From Malacoraja senta (lineage: Eukaryota), in assembly GCA_038087875.1 (NCBI GenBank), contig JAXLNO010000110.1, positions 434,001 to 498,000 on the forward strand: a stretch of DNA of 64,000 nt, given 5' to 3'. Positions within the stretch are counted from its first letter, which is position 1; each line of letters opens with the position of its first letter. Below, piece after piece: positions 11,966 through 24,319 of the stretch. The notes beneath the pieces were generated by a model. The model saw nothing but the letters and a program-made list of their open reading frames with translations, made no database searches and was not told the origin of the DNA. The position numbers were made by a program, and so were the translations under genes.

Positions 11966-14407
11966 CTAATATCACAGGACACAAACCTCCAGCCAGAGTA
12001 ACCACCACTAACCTCCGTCTCCTTTAGCCAAAGCCAGTTTTGAATACCATCTGCCCCCGTCTGAGTTACTCCAGCACTTAAAGTGTTCCACTGTTACATC
12101 AGAGTGAACATGGAGTCCTTTGGGGCACATTAAATGTGGAGCTTGCAATTATCTATCATGATAAGGCACGATAGATGCTTCTGTCGGGAGTTAATGGAAC
12201 TGAATAACGAGCAAGCAAGCAGGGGGTGTGCAGCGGTAGAGTTGCTGCCTTACAGTGTCGGAGACCCATGTTCGATCCTGACTACAGGTGCTGTCTGTAC
12301 GGCGTTTGTACGTTCTTCCCGTGATCGCGTGGGTTTTTTCCCCGGGTGCTACAGGTTTGTAGGTTAATTGGCTTGGTATAAATGTAAATTGTCCCTCGTG
12401 TGTGTAGGATAGTGTGGGTGTGCGGGGATCGCTGGTCGGCGCGGACTCGGTGGACCGAAGGGCCTGTTTCCGTGAAGTATCTCTGAAATCAAATACGAAA
12501 ACGTTGCTCAAGAATATTGCCATAGCCCTCCCTGATCTTGCCATCCTCCCTGGCCTTCTCCTTGGTGAACACCACGGCGCGGGACTCATTTAGTACCTCG
12601 CCCACTTCCTCTGGCCGCAAGCATACATCCCCCCCCCTTATCCACGAGGGTCATAAGATCATGCAGTAAGTGAGAGGAGCAGCATTAGGCAAATCAGCCC
12701 ATCAAGTCTACTCCACATTCAATCATGGCTGATCTAGCCATGATTGAAGGGGAGGTCCCTTTCAAGATTGAAGGGGAGGTCATTTAAGACTGAGGTGAGA
12801 AAAAACTTTTTCACCCAGAGAGTTGTGAATTTGTGGAATTCCCTGCCACAGAGGGCAGTGGAGGCCAAGTCAATGGATGGATTTAAGAGAGAGTTAGATA
12901 GAGCTCTAGAGGCTCGTGGAGTCAAGGGATATGGGGAGAAGGCAGGCACGGGGTTATTGATTGGGGACGATCAGCCATGATCACAATGAATGGCGGTGCT
13001 GGTTCGAAGGGCCGAATGGCCTCTTTCTGCACCTACTTTCTATGTTTCTATCCATCTCTCCCTCCCAACCCCATTCTCCTGCCTTCTCCCCATCATGTGA
13101 ATTGTCCCTCATGTGTGTAGAATAGTGTTGATGTGTGGGGATCGCTGGTCGGTGTGGACTCGATGGGGCCCCAGCTCCCCCGTTAGTTTTAGTGCATGTA
13201 TAAAATCCAACAACAAAGACATTTCATGGCCTCCTTGAACGCTCCTGATTTCCTGTTTCTTCGTGTTCCTCTAGGGTCCTGCACAATTTCTGCTTCCTGA
13301 ACCTCACATACCCTTCTCTTCTGTTTTGGGACTAGATTTACAATCCCGCTCGTCATCCACGTTTCCTGAACCTTGCCTTTGTCTTTCTTCCACATGTGAA
13401 GACGTTGATCTTGAATTCTGGCCACTTGCTTCTAAACAACCTCCACATGCCAGATGTGGTCTTATCCAGTAACACCTGCTCCCAATCTACCCTCCGCAGT
13501 TTAGACTTTATAGAGATACAGCACGGATACAGGCCCTTCGGCCCACCGAGTTCTGAACGGTCCCTCCATAAGCTAGGGTACAGTCCCGATTCGCCAGCCT
13601 ACCTCTTTGCAGACATTGGACTTCATATAGACTTCAGACTTCATTTTACCCTTTAGAGGTACAGCACAGAAACAGGCCCTTCAGCCCACCGAGTCTGTGC
13701 CGACCAGCGATCACCCCGTACACCACACACTGGCGACAACTTACAATTTATACTGAAGCCAATTAATCTACAAACCTGCGCGTCTTTGGAGTGTGGGAGG
13801 AAACCGGAGCACCTGGAGAAAGCCCACCCGGTCACAGGGAGATTGTACAAACTCCGTACAGACAGCACCCGTAGTCAGGATCGAACTTGGCGCTGCAAGG
13901 CAGCAACTCTAGCGCTGTGCCACCTTGCTCTGCTGTGATGCATGCTATAATGCTGACAGGTGTATTCTGCACTCTGTGCCTTTCTCCTCGTTCTACCTTT
14001 TGAGCTTGACTTTGGTTTAATATTATTCACATGCAGTATTATCCAATTTGATTGGAAAGCACGGAAACAAAAGCTTGTAACTGTACCATGGTAATAATAA
14101 TAATAATAATGAATTTTATTTACGGGCGCCTTATACCGAGGTCTCAAGGACACCTTACAGAGATTTATAGGAAACATATAATCAGAATTTTTTTTAAAAA
14201 GTTATAAAGACCAATACACAAATCAGGGACAGAATTCCTTCCAAAAAACACAAAAAAGAAAATCAGAAGCACAATTTGAGGAGTCAATAATGAACCTAAC
14301 CCCAAGATAGTCAGACCGGCCTGTGGTTACACACCTGGAACACCAATGGTTTGTGTAGGAAGGAATTGCAGATGCTGGTTTATACCAAAGATACACAAAA
14401 ATGCTGT

Positions 14408-14890
14408 ACAGAGACGCTTTCTTGATTACAGTTTAATAACTGCGAAAAAATCAATACTTACATTTTGGAAAAATCCAGTAACCCCCACAATTAAAATGTG
14501 GATTACGGAAATAACCGAGACCTTGCATTTGGAAAAAATAAGATTTGTCTTAATTGACAAACCGGAACTATGTTTAAAAATATGGTCTCCATTTATTGAA
14601 TTTGTAAATAAGTAAACTGGTTTAACACAAAATTATAGTCACAACTTGAGTTTAAGGTTGGATGGACAACTGTACTCATCATCTCCCGGATATATCTCCA
14701 CAATCTTTATATTTGTAATCTCTTTTCTTTCTTGTTTTGTTTTTTCTTTCTATTACTTTACAGTTTCTCTTATCTCTTTCTTTCCCTATTTATTATTATA
14801 TATTTTTTGATTTGACGCTATGTAAGAACTCTGTAACCAGTTTGTCGTTTATTATCATTTGTACATATGCTTTCAATAAAAAATAAAAAA
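14408..14890 (+). mobile_element. L1-like LINE 3' end nested in a Penelope-derived element
   Basis: AKKSILTFWKNP..PTIKMW...WSPFIEF, T-rich UTR, aataaa and A-tail; host aaaatgctg appears on both sides. Confidence 0.7.
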
Positions 14891-15114
14891 ATGCTGGAGT
14901 AACTCAGCAGAACAGGCAGCATCTCTGGAGAGAAGGAATGGGTGACGTTTTTGGGCCAAAATCTCTCGGGACGAGTCGGGTCTGAAGACACGAAACATTA
15001 CCCATTCCTACTCTCCAGAGATGCTGCCTGTCCCGCTGAGTTACTCCAGCACTTTGTGTCTACCTTCGTCACACCAATGGTTTGGGCAGGATAAAGGACA
15101 CAGATGGCCCGTAC

Positions 15115-15285
15115 CTGGATCTTGACGATGGCGGGTAGTTGTCTCCGGATGAAGTGTTTGCGAGCAGACAGGTCGTTACGCACGAGGTAACCCTTCATGT
15201 GGGCTTGAAGCCCGACGATCATGTCTTCGTTGGCCTGCCAGAGTCGCTCCCGATTGTAAACTGCTGTCACGGCAGCAACAGTGGA
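15115..15285 (-). CDS. IQGAP3: IQGAP3-like exon L (171 nt), IQ1 and start of IQ2: STVAAVTAVYNRERLW...LQAHMKGYLVR...AIVKIQ
   Basis: Acceptor cctcag, donor gtacgg; IQ motif; phase 0 to 0. Confidence 0.94.
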
Positions 15286-17877
15286 CTGAGGGGAGGAAAG
15301 AGATCTGTCAATATTTAGTAATTAAATGGAAGTGCAGATTCCGCGCGGTCACAGGGAGAACGTACAAACTCCGTACAGACAACACCCGTAGTCAGGATCG
15401 ACCCGCTGTCACTGGTGATATGTGGCATCAAATCTACCGCTGCGTCACTGTGCCACCCAATATACTAAAGACAGATACAAAATGCTGGAGTAACTCAGGG
15501 ACTCAGGAGCATCTCTGGAGAAAAGGAATAGGTGACGTTTTGGGTCGAGACCCTTCTTCAGACTGTCTGAAGAAGGGTTCTGACACAAAACATCACCTAT
15601 TACTTTTCTCCAGAGATGTTGCCTGACCCACTGAGTTACTCCGACATTTTGTGTCTATCTCCGGTACAAACCAGCATATGCTCGCTCTTCCTTCCTTCCC
15701 CAACTGGTAGGGTCATGTGGAAGAAATGGATAGCAACGTTTTGGGTCGGGTCCCTTCTTCAGACTGATGGAGTAGGGCAGAGAAAGCTGCAAATGTTCAT
15801 GTTCATAAGTGATAGGAGTAGAATTAGGCCATTCGGCCCATCAAGTCTACTCCGCCATTCAATCATGGCTGATCTATCTCTTCCTCTTAACCCCATTCTC
15901 CTGCCTTCTCCCCATGACCCCTGACACCCGTACTAATCGAGAATCTGTCAGTCTCTGCCTTAAAAATATCCACTGACTTGCACTCCACAGCTTTCTGTGG
16001 CAATGAATTCCACAGATTCACCACCCTCCGACTGAAGAAATTCCTCCTAATCTCCTTCCGAAAGGAAGGTCCTTTTATTCTGAGGCTGTGACCTCTAGTC
16101 CTAGACTCTCCCACTAGTGGAAACATCCTCTCCACATCCACTCTATCCAGGCCTTTCACTATTCGGGATAAAGGATGTGGAAGCAGGGCAAAACCTTGCA
16201 AGTGATAAGTGGATACAGGTGAGGAGGGGAGGTGGGGGGGGGGGGTAAGTGACAAAGGCTGGGGGTTAAAAGGAGACATGAGGGTGTCAGATAAGATGAG
16301 AAGAGGAGTGAAAAGTGAAGGCAGAGGGAGGGGTCTCTCTCCCTTCCATCCCTTCATTACCCCTCACACCAGAGGCGCCATGCCTTTTCCACGGGACGCC
16401 TGTAACAACCCTCGTGCTCTGGCAACACCAAACCCCACTCCTGCACCCGCACACGACTTCCTCGCACCAGTGCACTGACTTGCTATCCTCTAATTTGAGG
16501 AAGGACATTCTTGCTATTGAGGGAGTGCAGCGTAGGTTTACAAGGTTAATTCCCGGGATGGCGGGACTGTCATATGCTGAGAGAATGGAGCGGCTGGGCT
16601 TGTACACTCTGGAGTTTAGAAGGATGAGAGGGCATCTCATTGAAACATATAAGATTGTTAAGGGCTTGGACACGCTAGAGGCAGGGAACATGTTCCCGAT
16701 GTTGGGGGAGTCCAGAACCAGGGGCCACAGTTTAAGATTGGAGACGAGGAAACACGTTTTCTCACAGAGAGTGGTGAGTCTGTGGAATTCACTGCCTCAG
16801 AGGGTGGTGGAGGCAGGTTCTCTGGATGCTTTCAAGAGAGAGCTAGGTAGGGCTCTTAAAAATAGCGGAGTCAGGGGATATGGGGAGAAGGCAGGAACGG
16901 GGTACTGATTGGGTATGATCAGCCATGTTCACATTGAATGGCGGTGCAGGCTCGAAGGGCCAAATGGCCTACACCTGCACCTATTGTCTATTGTCTATTG
17001 TTTACTTGGACCAGCCGGACGCAATTAAACGTTGGAAGGACTTTGACTGAGGTTACCAAATAGTGAAAGGCCTGGATAAAGTGGATGTGGAGAGGATGTT
17101 TCCACTAGTGGGTGAGTCTGGGACCAGAGGCCGCGGCCACAGAATAAAAGGACGTTCCTTTCGGAAGGAGATTAGGAGGAATTTCTTCAGTCGGAGGGTG
17201 GTGAATCTGTGGAATTCATTGCCACAGAAAGCTGTGGAGGGCAAGTCAATGGATATTTTTAAGGCAGAGTCTGCAATAATTCCATGCCCCTCTGAGTCCC
17301 GCTCCTTCTAGGACCTATCCAGATGCCTCTTAAATGCAGTTACTGTTTCTGCCTCCACCACCAACCTTTAGGAAGGAGATGAGGAATTTCTTTAGCCACA
17401 GGGTGGTCAATCTGTGACATTCTTTGCCACAGACAGCTGTGGAGGCCAAGCCATTGGGTATTTTTACAGCGGAGACTGACAGATTCTTGATTAGGACGGT
17501 GTCAGGGGTTATGGGGAGAAGGCAGGAGAATGAGGTTGAGAGGGAAAGATAGATCAGCCGTGATTGAATGGCAGAGTAGACTTGATGGGCCGAAAGGCTT
17601 AATTCTGCTCCTTTTACCTATGACCTTCTGAATCTGTGGAATTCACTGGCACAGACAGCTGTGGAGAGCAAGTCATTGGGTATTTTGAAGGCGTAGATTG
17701 ACAGATTCTTGATTCGTAAAGGTGTCAGGGGGTGATGGGGAGAAGGCAGGAGAGGGAGAGATTCAATCAGCCATGATTGAATTGCGGAGTAGGCTTGATG
17801 GACCGAATGGCCTCATACGTCTCCTGGAACTGGTGAAACGATGACCGTGGATCAGGGCTGGGGAAGCCGCTCCATAC

Positions 17878-18020
17878 CTGAATCTCAGCCCTGTTGAGCT
17901 GTGTGGAGCTCTGTACAAATCCCTCGGGGCGCTCCCATCTTCCCTCCAGTCTATGCAGGTTGAAGTAGTACGTGGACCCATCCTTCAGCACGTGCTTCAC
18001 CCAAGGACTTCGGTTGTCAC
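17878..18020 (-). CDS. IQGAP3: IQGAP3-like exon K (143 nt), WW domain: GDNRSPWVKHVLKDGSTYYFNL...GRWERP...AEIQ
   Basis: Acceptor ttcttcag, donor gtatgg; W...YY...WxxP WW signature; phase 1 to 0. Confidence 0.94.
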
Positions 18021-18919
18021 CTGAAGAACCAGGAAAGTTTGGTTTTGAGGAAGTTTTACTTTTCTCCAACGGCCAGACCTACCTCCTTCCCCGCCCTTTC
18101 ACAACAGTCTTGCAAATCTTTCCTTTGAACTCTTTCAGAAGTCGATCAGATCCAAGTTTGAGAATTGTGTTCAGATATGGTCACTTCGCTGAAGCACACC
18201 AATGCCTCTACTTCCTTCGAAGGCTTAGGAAGTTCAGCATGTCCCCCCGACATCTCTCACCAACTTCTACAGTTGCTCGGTGAAATCATTTTATCAGGAT
18301 GCATCACCACTTGGTTTGGGAATGATTGGGTTCACATATGATGATTGTTTGACGGAGTTTCAAACTCGCTGGAGTTTAGAAAAATGATGAAACTTGTCGA
18401 ATAATGAAAGGCTTGGATAGAGTGGATGTGGAGAGGATGTTTCCACTGGTGGGAGAGTCTCGGACCAGAGGCAGCCTCAGAATAAAAGGATGTACATTTT
18501 GAAAGGAGATGAGGAGGAATTTCTTTCGTCAGAGGGTGGCGAATCTGTGGAATTCATTGCCACCAGACGGCTGTGGAAGCCAAGTCAATGGATATCTTTA
18601 ATGTGGAGTTTGCCAGATTCTTGATTTGTACGGGAGTCTGTGGTTATTGGGAGACGGCAGGAGGATGGAAAGGAAAAGATAGGTCAGTCATGATTGAATG
18701 ACGGAGTAGACGTGATGGGCTGAATGGTCTAATTTTGCTCCAAGAGACATATGAAGCTGGAGCAAACCCACGCGGTCACAAGGAGGACGTACAAACTCCA
18801 CGCAGAGTCAGGTTTGTATCGGGTTTCTGTGCTGTGAGGCACTGGCTCTACCGCCACGCCACCTGATAACAATTTGAAGAAATGTTTTTCACCTCACTCA
18901 ACAGGTGTCTTACCCAAGT

Positions 18920-19393
18920 TGCTGGAGTAACTCAGCGGGACTGGCAGCATCTCTGGAGAGAAGGAATGGGCGACGTTTCGGGTCTTCAGACTGATGTCAG
19001 GAGGGGGGGCGGGACATAGATAGAATGTAGTCGGAGACGGTAAGACTAGCGGGAGAACTGGGAAGGGGGAGGGGATGGAGAGAGAGAAAGCAAGGGCTAT
19101 CTGAAGTTAGAGAAGTCAATGTTCATACCGCTGGGGTGTAAACTACCCAAGCGAAATATGAGGTGCTGTTCCTCCAATTTGCGCTGAGCCTCACTCTGAC
19201 AATTGAGGAGGCCCAGGGCAGAAAGGTCAGTGTGGGAATGGGAGGGGGAGTTGAAGTGCTGAGCCACCGGGAGATCAGGTAGGTTTAGGCGGACCGAGCG
19301 GAGGTGTTCAGTGAAACGATCTCCGAGCCTGCGCTTGGTCTCGCCGACGTAGAGAAGTTGACACCTGGAACAGCGGATGCAGTAGATGAGGTG
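18920..19393 (-). mobile_element. Penelope-like element 3' fragment encoding a GIY-YIG endonuclease
   Basis: LIYCIRCSRCQLLYVGETKRRLGDRFTEHLRSV...PVAQHFN...EQHLIFRLGSLHPSGMN, followed by the shared terminal repeat. Confidence 0.88.
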
Positions 19394-19399
19394 ACTTAC

Positions 19400-19567
19400 C
19401 CATGTCCACTTTAACCTGCACCAACTTGGCCAACTCGGTCTGGTAGGCACGGGAGCAATCCAAAACCACGCCGCACAGCGCCACCTCTGGCGAGCGCAGG
19501 ACCCGCAGCGTTTGAGATACCTTGGCCTCCTTGATCGCCTGGTTAATGGCAGCCACCCCGAGCAACA
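19400..19567 (-). CDS. IQGAP3: IQGAP3-like exon J (168 nt): MLLGVAAINQAIKEAK...LVQVKVDM(G)
   Basis: Acceptor ttttcag, donor gtaagt; phase 1 to 1. Confidence 0.93.
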
Positions 19568-21338
19568 CTGAAAACAAAGATGGGGTAGACCAGAGAGGGT
19601 TACACAGGAATGTACAGGAAGGAACTGCAGATGCTGCTTTAAACCGAAGATGGACTCAAAAAGTTGGAGTAACTCAGCGGCACAGGCAGCATCTCTGGAG
19701 AGAAGGAATGGGTGACGTTTCCCAGGATGGCAGGACTGTCATATGCTGAGAGAATGGAGCGGCTAGGCTTGTATACTCTGGATTTTCGAAGGATGAGAGG
19801 GGATCTTATTGAAACATGTAAGATTATTAACGGTTTGGACACGCTAGAGGCAGGAAACATGTTCCCGATGTTGGGGGAGTCCAGAACCAGGGGCCACAGT
19901 TTTAGAATAAGGGTAAGCCATTTAGAACGGAGAAGAGGAAACACTTTTTCACCCAGAGAGTTGTGAGTCTGTGGAATTCTCTGCCTCAGAGGGCTCTGGA
20001 TACTTTCAAGAGAGAGCTAGATAGGACTCTTAAAGATAGCGGAGTCAGGGGATATGAGGAGAAGGCAGGAACGGGTTAGATTGGTGATGATCAGCCATGA
20101 TCACATTGAATGGCGGTGCTGGCTCGAAGGGCCAAATGGCCTACTCCTGCACCTATTGTCTATTGTCCATTGAAACGTCACCCATTCCTTCTCTCCAGAG
20201 ATGCTGCCTGTCCCGCTGAGTTACTCCAGTTTTTTGAGCCCATCTTCAATTGCCATTTTGGCGACTGCTGCACAAATCCCTCACGCATCCCCGCCCAAAT
20301 GACCAAAAGTTGCATCAAGTCGTTCATTTGATGGAAGGTGCAGACAAGCACGTCCCATGAAAGAAGAAAATGGCAATGATCCCACCTCAAGTGCTGCCCT
20401 TTTCAGCCAACCTCCGTGCAAGAAAAGTGCTGGAGGAACGGCGCAGGGTTAGAGTTGCTGCCTCACAGCGTCAGAGACCTAGATTCCATCCGGACTAGGG
20501 GTGCTGTCTGTACGGAGTTTGCACGTTCTCCCAGTGGGGGTTTTCTCCGGGAGCTCCGGTTTCCTCCCACACTCCAAAGACGTGCAGGTTTGTAGGTTCA
20601 TTGGCTTTGGTAAAGATTGCAAATTGTCCCCAGTGTGTGTAGGATAGAGCGAGTTTAGTTTGGAGATACAGTACGGATGCAGGCCCTTCGGCCCACCGAG
20701 TCTGCGCCGACTAGTGATACACGCACACTAACACTATCCTATACACACTAGGGACAATTTTTTAAAACATTTATGCCAATAAAGTAACCTACAAACCTGT
20801 TACATCGGAGAAAACCCACAAGGATGTGTTCTCAGCCCCCCTCTTTACTTCTTGTACACCTACGAATGAGCAGCCTTGTACAAATCTAATTCATTTTTCA
20901 AATTCTCTGATGACGCTACCACTGTTGGCCGGATATCAAATAATGATGAGGCGGTGTTCAGGAAGGAGAATGAGAACCTCGTGTCCTGATGTCGAGACAA
21001 CAACCTTTCGCTCGATTGTAATCATGTGTTGTCTTTCCGCTGACCGGTTAGCACGCAACAATAGCTTTTCCACTGTACCTCGTGACATTCAACTAAGCTC
21101 AAAATCAACTACTCAGCAGGTCAGGCAGCATCTATACAAAGAGGAACAGCCAACATTTCTCCTTTGAACCCGAAGCCTTGACTGTGCTGCCCTTTCCACA
21201 AATGCTGCCGACTCTGCTGAATGTTCCCAGCATGCTCCGCTTTCATTCCAGCAGTTTGTATTTGAGTTTCATTTGACACCGAGCGCTCGTTGCCATGACG
21301 GAGCCTGTCTGCATGCAGCTACTGATGGAACCACTCAC

Positions 21339-21429
21339 TTTTTCTCGCCATTTGACTGTCTTGATTGGCCTTGTGAATCCCCTCCTGAATCTCCTCCAGC
21401 CACAGCATGGCGGCTTCGTCCCGCGTGAC
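21339..21429 (-). CDS. IQGAP3: IQGAP3-like exon I (91 nt): VTRDEAAMLWLEEIQEGIHKANQDSQMARK
   Basis: Acceptor ccccag, donor gtgagt; LWLEEIQ motif; phase 0 to 1. Confidence 0.93.
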
Positions 21430-21592
21430 CTGGGGTGAGGGGGGGGGGGGTGAGGGGAGGGGGGGGGGAGAGAGAGAAAGGAACAACTCTTACTGTCAGT
21501 CGATCATAGAAACATAGAAAAACAGGTGCAGGAGTAGGCCATTCGGCCCTTCGAACCAGCACCGCCATTCAATATGATCATCTAAAATCAGT

Positions 21593-22166
21593 TTTCTGCA
21601 AAAAAAAGCGCGGAGGATAGCCAAGTGGGTGCACGGGGAGAGGGGAAGATGTCACACGCTCAGGGCAGTCATCAAGTGCCGATGGAAGTGATAGAAGCAG
21701 AACTAAGCCATTCAGCCCATTAAGTCTACTCCGCCATTCAATCTAAAGGGCCTGTCCCACTATACGAGTTTACCCAAGAGCTCTCCCAAGTTTAAAAAAA
21801 AAATCAAACTCGTGGTAAGTACGTAGAATGTACGTAGCGGGTACGTCGGAGCTCGGGACGTCTCTTAGCGGCTTGTAACGCTAACGGCAGGTACTCTGGA
21901 AACGCGGTAAACTCGTGAAGTTTTTTCAACAGTATGAAAAATGTCCACGCGATCCCCGAGTACCTACGAACGGCTATTACCATAATACTCCGAGTTCAAA
22001 TCAGGGGAAACTCTGGAGAACTCTTGAATTACCTCGTACGGTGGGACAGGCCCTTTACTCTCCCTCCTAACTCCATTCTCCTACCTTCTCCCCATAACCC
22101 TGACCCCATATATTCCCAGTGGGATTCATGGATATGGATGTCCTGACATGTTAAGTAAAGCCGACC
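21593..22166 (+). repeat. 574-bp direct duplicate of 23035-23608
   Basis: Appears identical at offset 1442; the ORF track reports the same 70-aa ORF at 21934 and 23376. Confidence 0.93.
21747..22054. mobile_element. PIF/Harbinger-like MITE (second copy 23189-23496)
   Basis: TIR AGGGCCTGTCCCAC flanked by TAA / TTA. Confidence 0.72.
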
Positions 22167-22202
22167 AGCACCGCCATTCAATATGATCATCTAAAATCAG
22201 TA

Positions 22203-22387
22203 GGTAGACAAACATGCTGAAGAAACTCAGCGGGTGAGGCAGCATCTATGGAGCAAAGGAAATAGGTGACGTCTCGACCCGAAATGTCACCTATTTCTTC
22301 ACTACATAGATGCTGCCTCACCCACTGAGTTTCTCCGGCATTTTTGTCTACCTTCGATTTTTCCAGCATCTGCAGTTCTTTCTTCAA
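22203..22387 (+). mobile_element. Palindromic Penelope-derived short element in a CR1 fragment
   Basis: Inverted arms plus tail; 15-bp TSD catctaaaatcagta (22188-22202 / 22388-22402). Confidence 0.8.
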
Positions 22388-22873
22388 CATCTAAAATCAG
22401 TACCCCGTTCCTGCTTTCTCCACATATCCCTTGATTCCGTTAGCCCCAAGAGCTAAATCTAACTCTCTCTTGAAATCATCCAGCGAATCGGCCTCCACTG
22501 CCTTCTGTGGCAGAGAATTCCACAGATTCACAACTCTCTGGGTGAAAATGTTTTTCCTCATCTCAGTCCTAAATTGCCGACCCCTTATTCTTAAACTGTG
22601 ACCCATGGTTCTGGACTCCACCCAACATCAGGAACATCTTTCCTGAATCTAGCAGGTGCAATCCTTTAAGGGTTTTATATGTTTCTATAAGATCCCCTCT
22701 CATCCTAAATTCCAGTGAATACAAGCCCAGTCGACCCATTCTTTCATCATCGGTTAGTCAATCCCGCGCTAGTCGCAGTCCCACGCAAGAGAGGTTTATT
22801 AGAACGCTGCGTGGATTAGATGCGCGCGCACGCACCCACGGGTCTTTGCATCTTTAAGGGCGCCGCCTCCTAC

Positions 22874-23037
22874 CTTTGCCTTGTGGCGCTTGGCTACGGC
22901 AAGCACGTGATGGTAACGGATGGCCGCGGGGAAGTCCAGGGCAGCCAGCCCGGCAGAAGGCATGAGGAGAGCGGCGATGGTTCGCTCGGGATCTCCGCCG
23001 CCCAGCGCTTTGTTTATCAAAACAATGGCGGCGATTT
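22874..23037 (-). CDS. IQGAP3: IQGAP3-like exon H (164 nt): KIAAIVLINKALGGGDPERT...AVAKRHKAK
   Basis: Acceptor ttttttttgcag, donor gtagga; phase 1 to 0. Confidence 0.92.
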
Positions 23038-24291
23038 CTGCAAAAAAAAGCGCGGAGGATAGCCAAGTGGGTGCACGGGGAGAGGGGAAGATGTCACACG
23101 CTCAGGGCAGTCATCAAGTGCCGATGGAAGTGATAGAAGCAGAACTAAGCCATTCAGCCCATTAAGTCTACTCCGCCATTCAATCTAAAGGGCCTGTCCC
23201 ACTATACGAGTTTACCCAAGAGCTCTCCCAAGTTTAAAAAAAAAATCAAACTCGTGGTAAGTACGTAGAATGTACGTAGCGGGTACGTCGGAGCTCGGGA
23301 CGTCTCTTAGCGGCTTGTAACGCTAACGGCAGGTACTCTGGAAACGCGGTAAACTCGTGAAGTTTTTTCAACAGTATGAAAAATGTCCACGCGATCCCCG
23401 AGTACCTACGAACGGCTATTACCATAATACTCCGAGTTCAAATCAGGGGAAACTCTGGAGAACTCTTGAATTACCTCGTACGGTGGGACAGGCCCTTTAC
23501 TCTCCCTCCTAACTCCATTCTCCTACCTTCTCCCCATAACCCTGACCCCATATATTCCCAGTGGGATTCATGGATATGGATGTCCTGACATGTTAAGTAA
23601 AGCCGACCCATTTGTGCTTCCAAGGACCTCTATGCATCATAGTGGTGGGGACAAATAGAACAATTCAGAGCTGTTTAGTTTCGAGATACAACGCGGAATC
23701 ATTTATATCAAGCCAATTAACCTACAAACCTGTACGTCTTTGGAATGTGGGAGGAAACCGAAGATCTCAGGGAAAATCCACGCGGGTCACGGGGAGAACG
23801 TACAAACTCTGTGCAGACAAGCACCCATAGTCAGATCAAACCCGAATCCCTGGCGCTGTGAGGCATTAGCTCTACCGCTATGCCACCGTGCCAACCTAAA
23901 CTGTTCTGCTCACCCCATTACAGAAAGGATGTGGAGTCTTTAGAGAATTTATTAATTAGCTGCCTGGATTACAGGGATTAGCTATAAGGAGAGAGACACA
24001 AAAAGCCGGAGTAACTCAGCGGGTCCGGCAGCATCTCTGGAAAAAAGGAATAGGTGGCGTTTCTGGCCGAGGTTGTGCAAACTTGGGATTGTTTTCTCTG
24101 GAGCGTAGGAGGTTGAGGCGAGATGATAAGAGTTTATAAAATGATGAGAGGCATAGATAGGGTAGACAGTCAAAACATTTTATCCCCTCCCAGGGTGGAA
24201 ATGCCAAAGACTGGATGGATGGCACATTATTAAAGTGACAGGGGCAAAGTTTAAAAATAGGTGACGTTTCGGGTCGAGGCCCCTCTTCAGT

Positions 24292-24319
24292 CTGAAGAAG
24301 GGTCTCGACCCGAAACGTC
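24292..24319 (+). ncRNA. Minimal hammerhead ribozyme motif of the Penelope-like terminal repeat (intact core)
   Basis: CUGAAGA-A-GGGU(CUCG)ACCC-GAAA-CG-UC: conserved core boxes, stem II, palindromic ACGU stem III, GUC triplet; stem I is weak. Confidence 0.65.

Noticed and set aside
19097..19450. In-frame IQGAP3 / GIY-YIG fusion protein
   Set aside because: The endonuclease is in a different frame from exon J; read-through in the IQGAP frame stops at 19308.
19474..19492. CTCF-like motif within exon J
   Set aside because: Spacing deviates from the consensus by one base and it is explainable by coding sequence.
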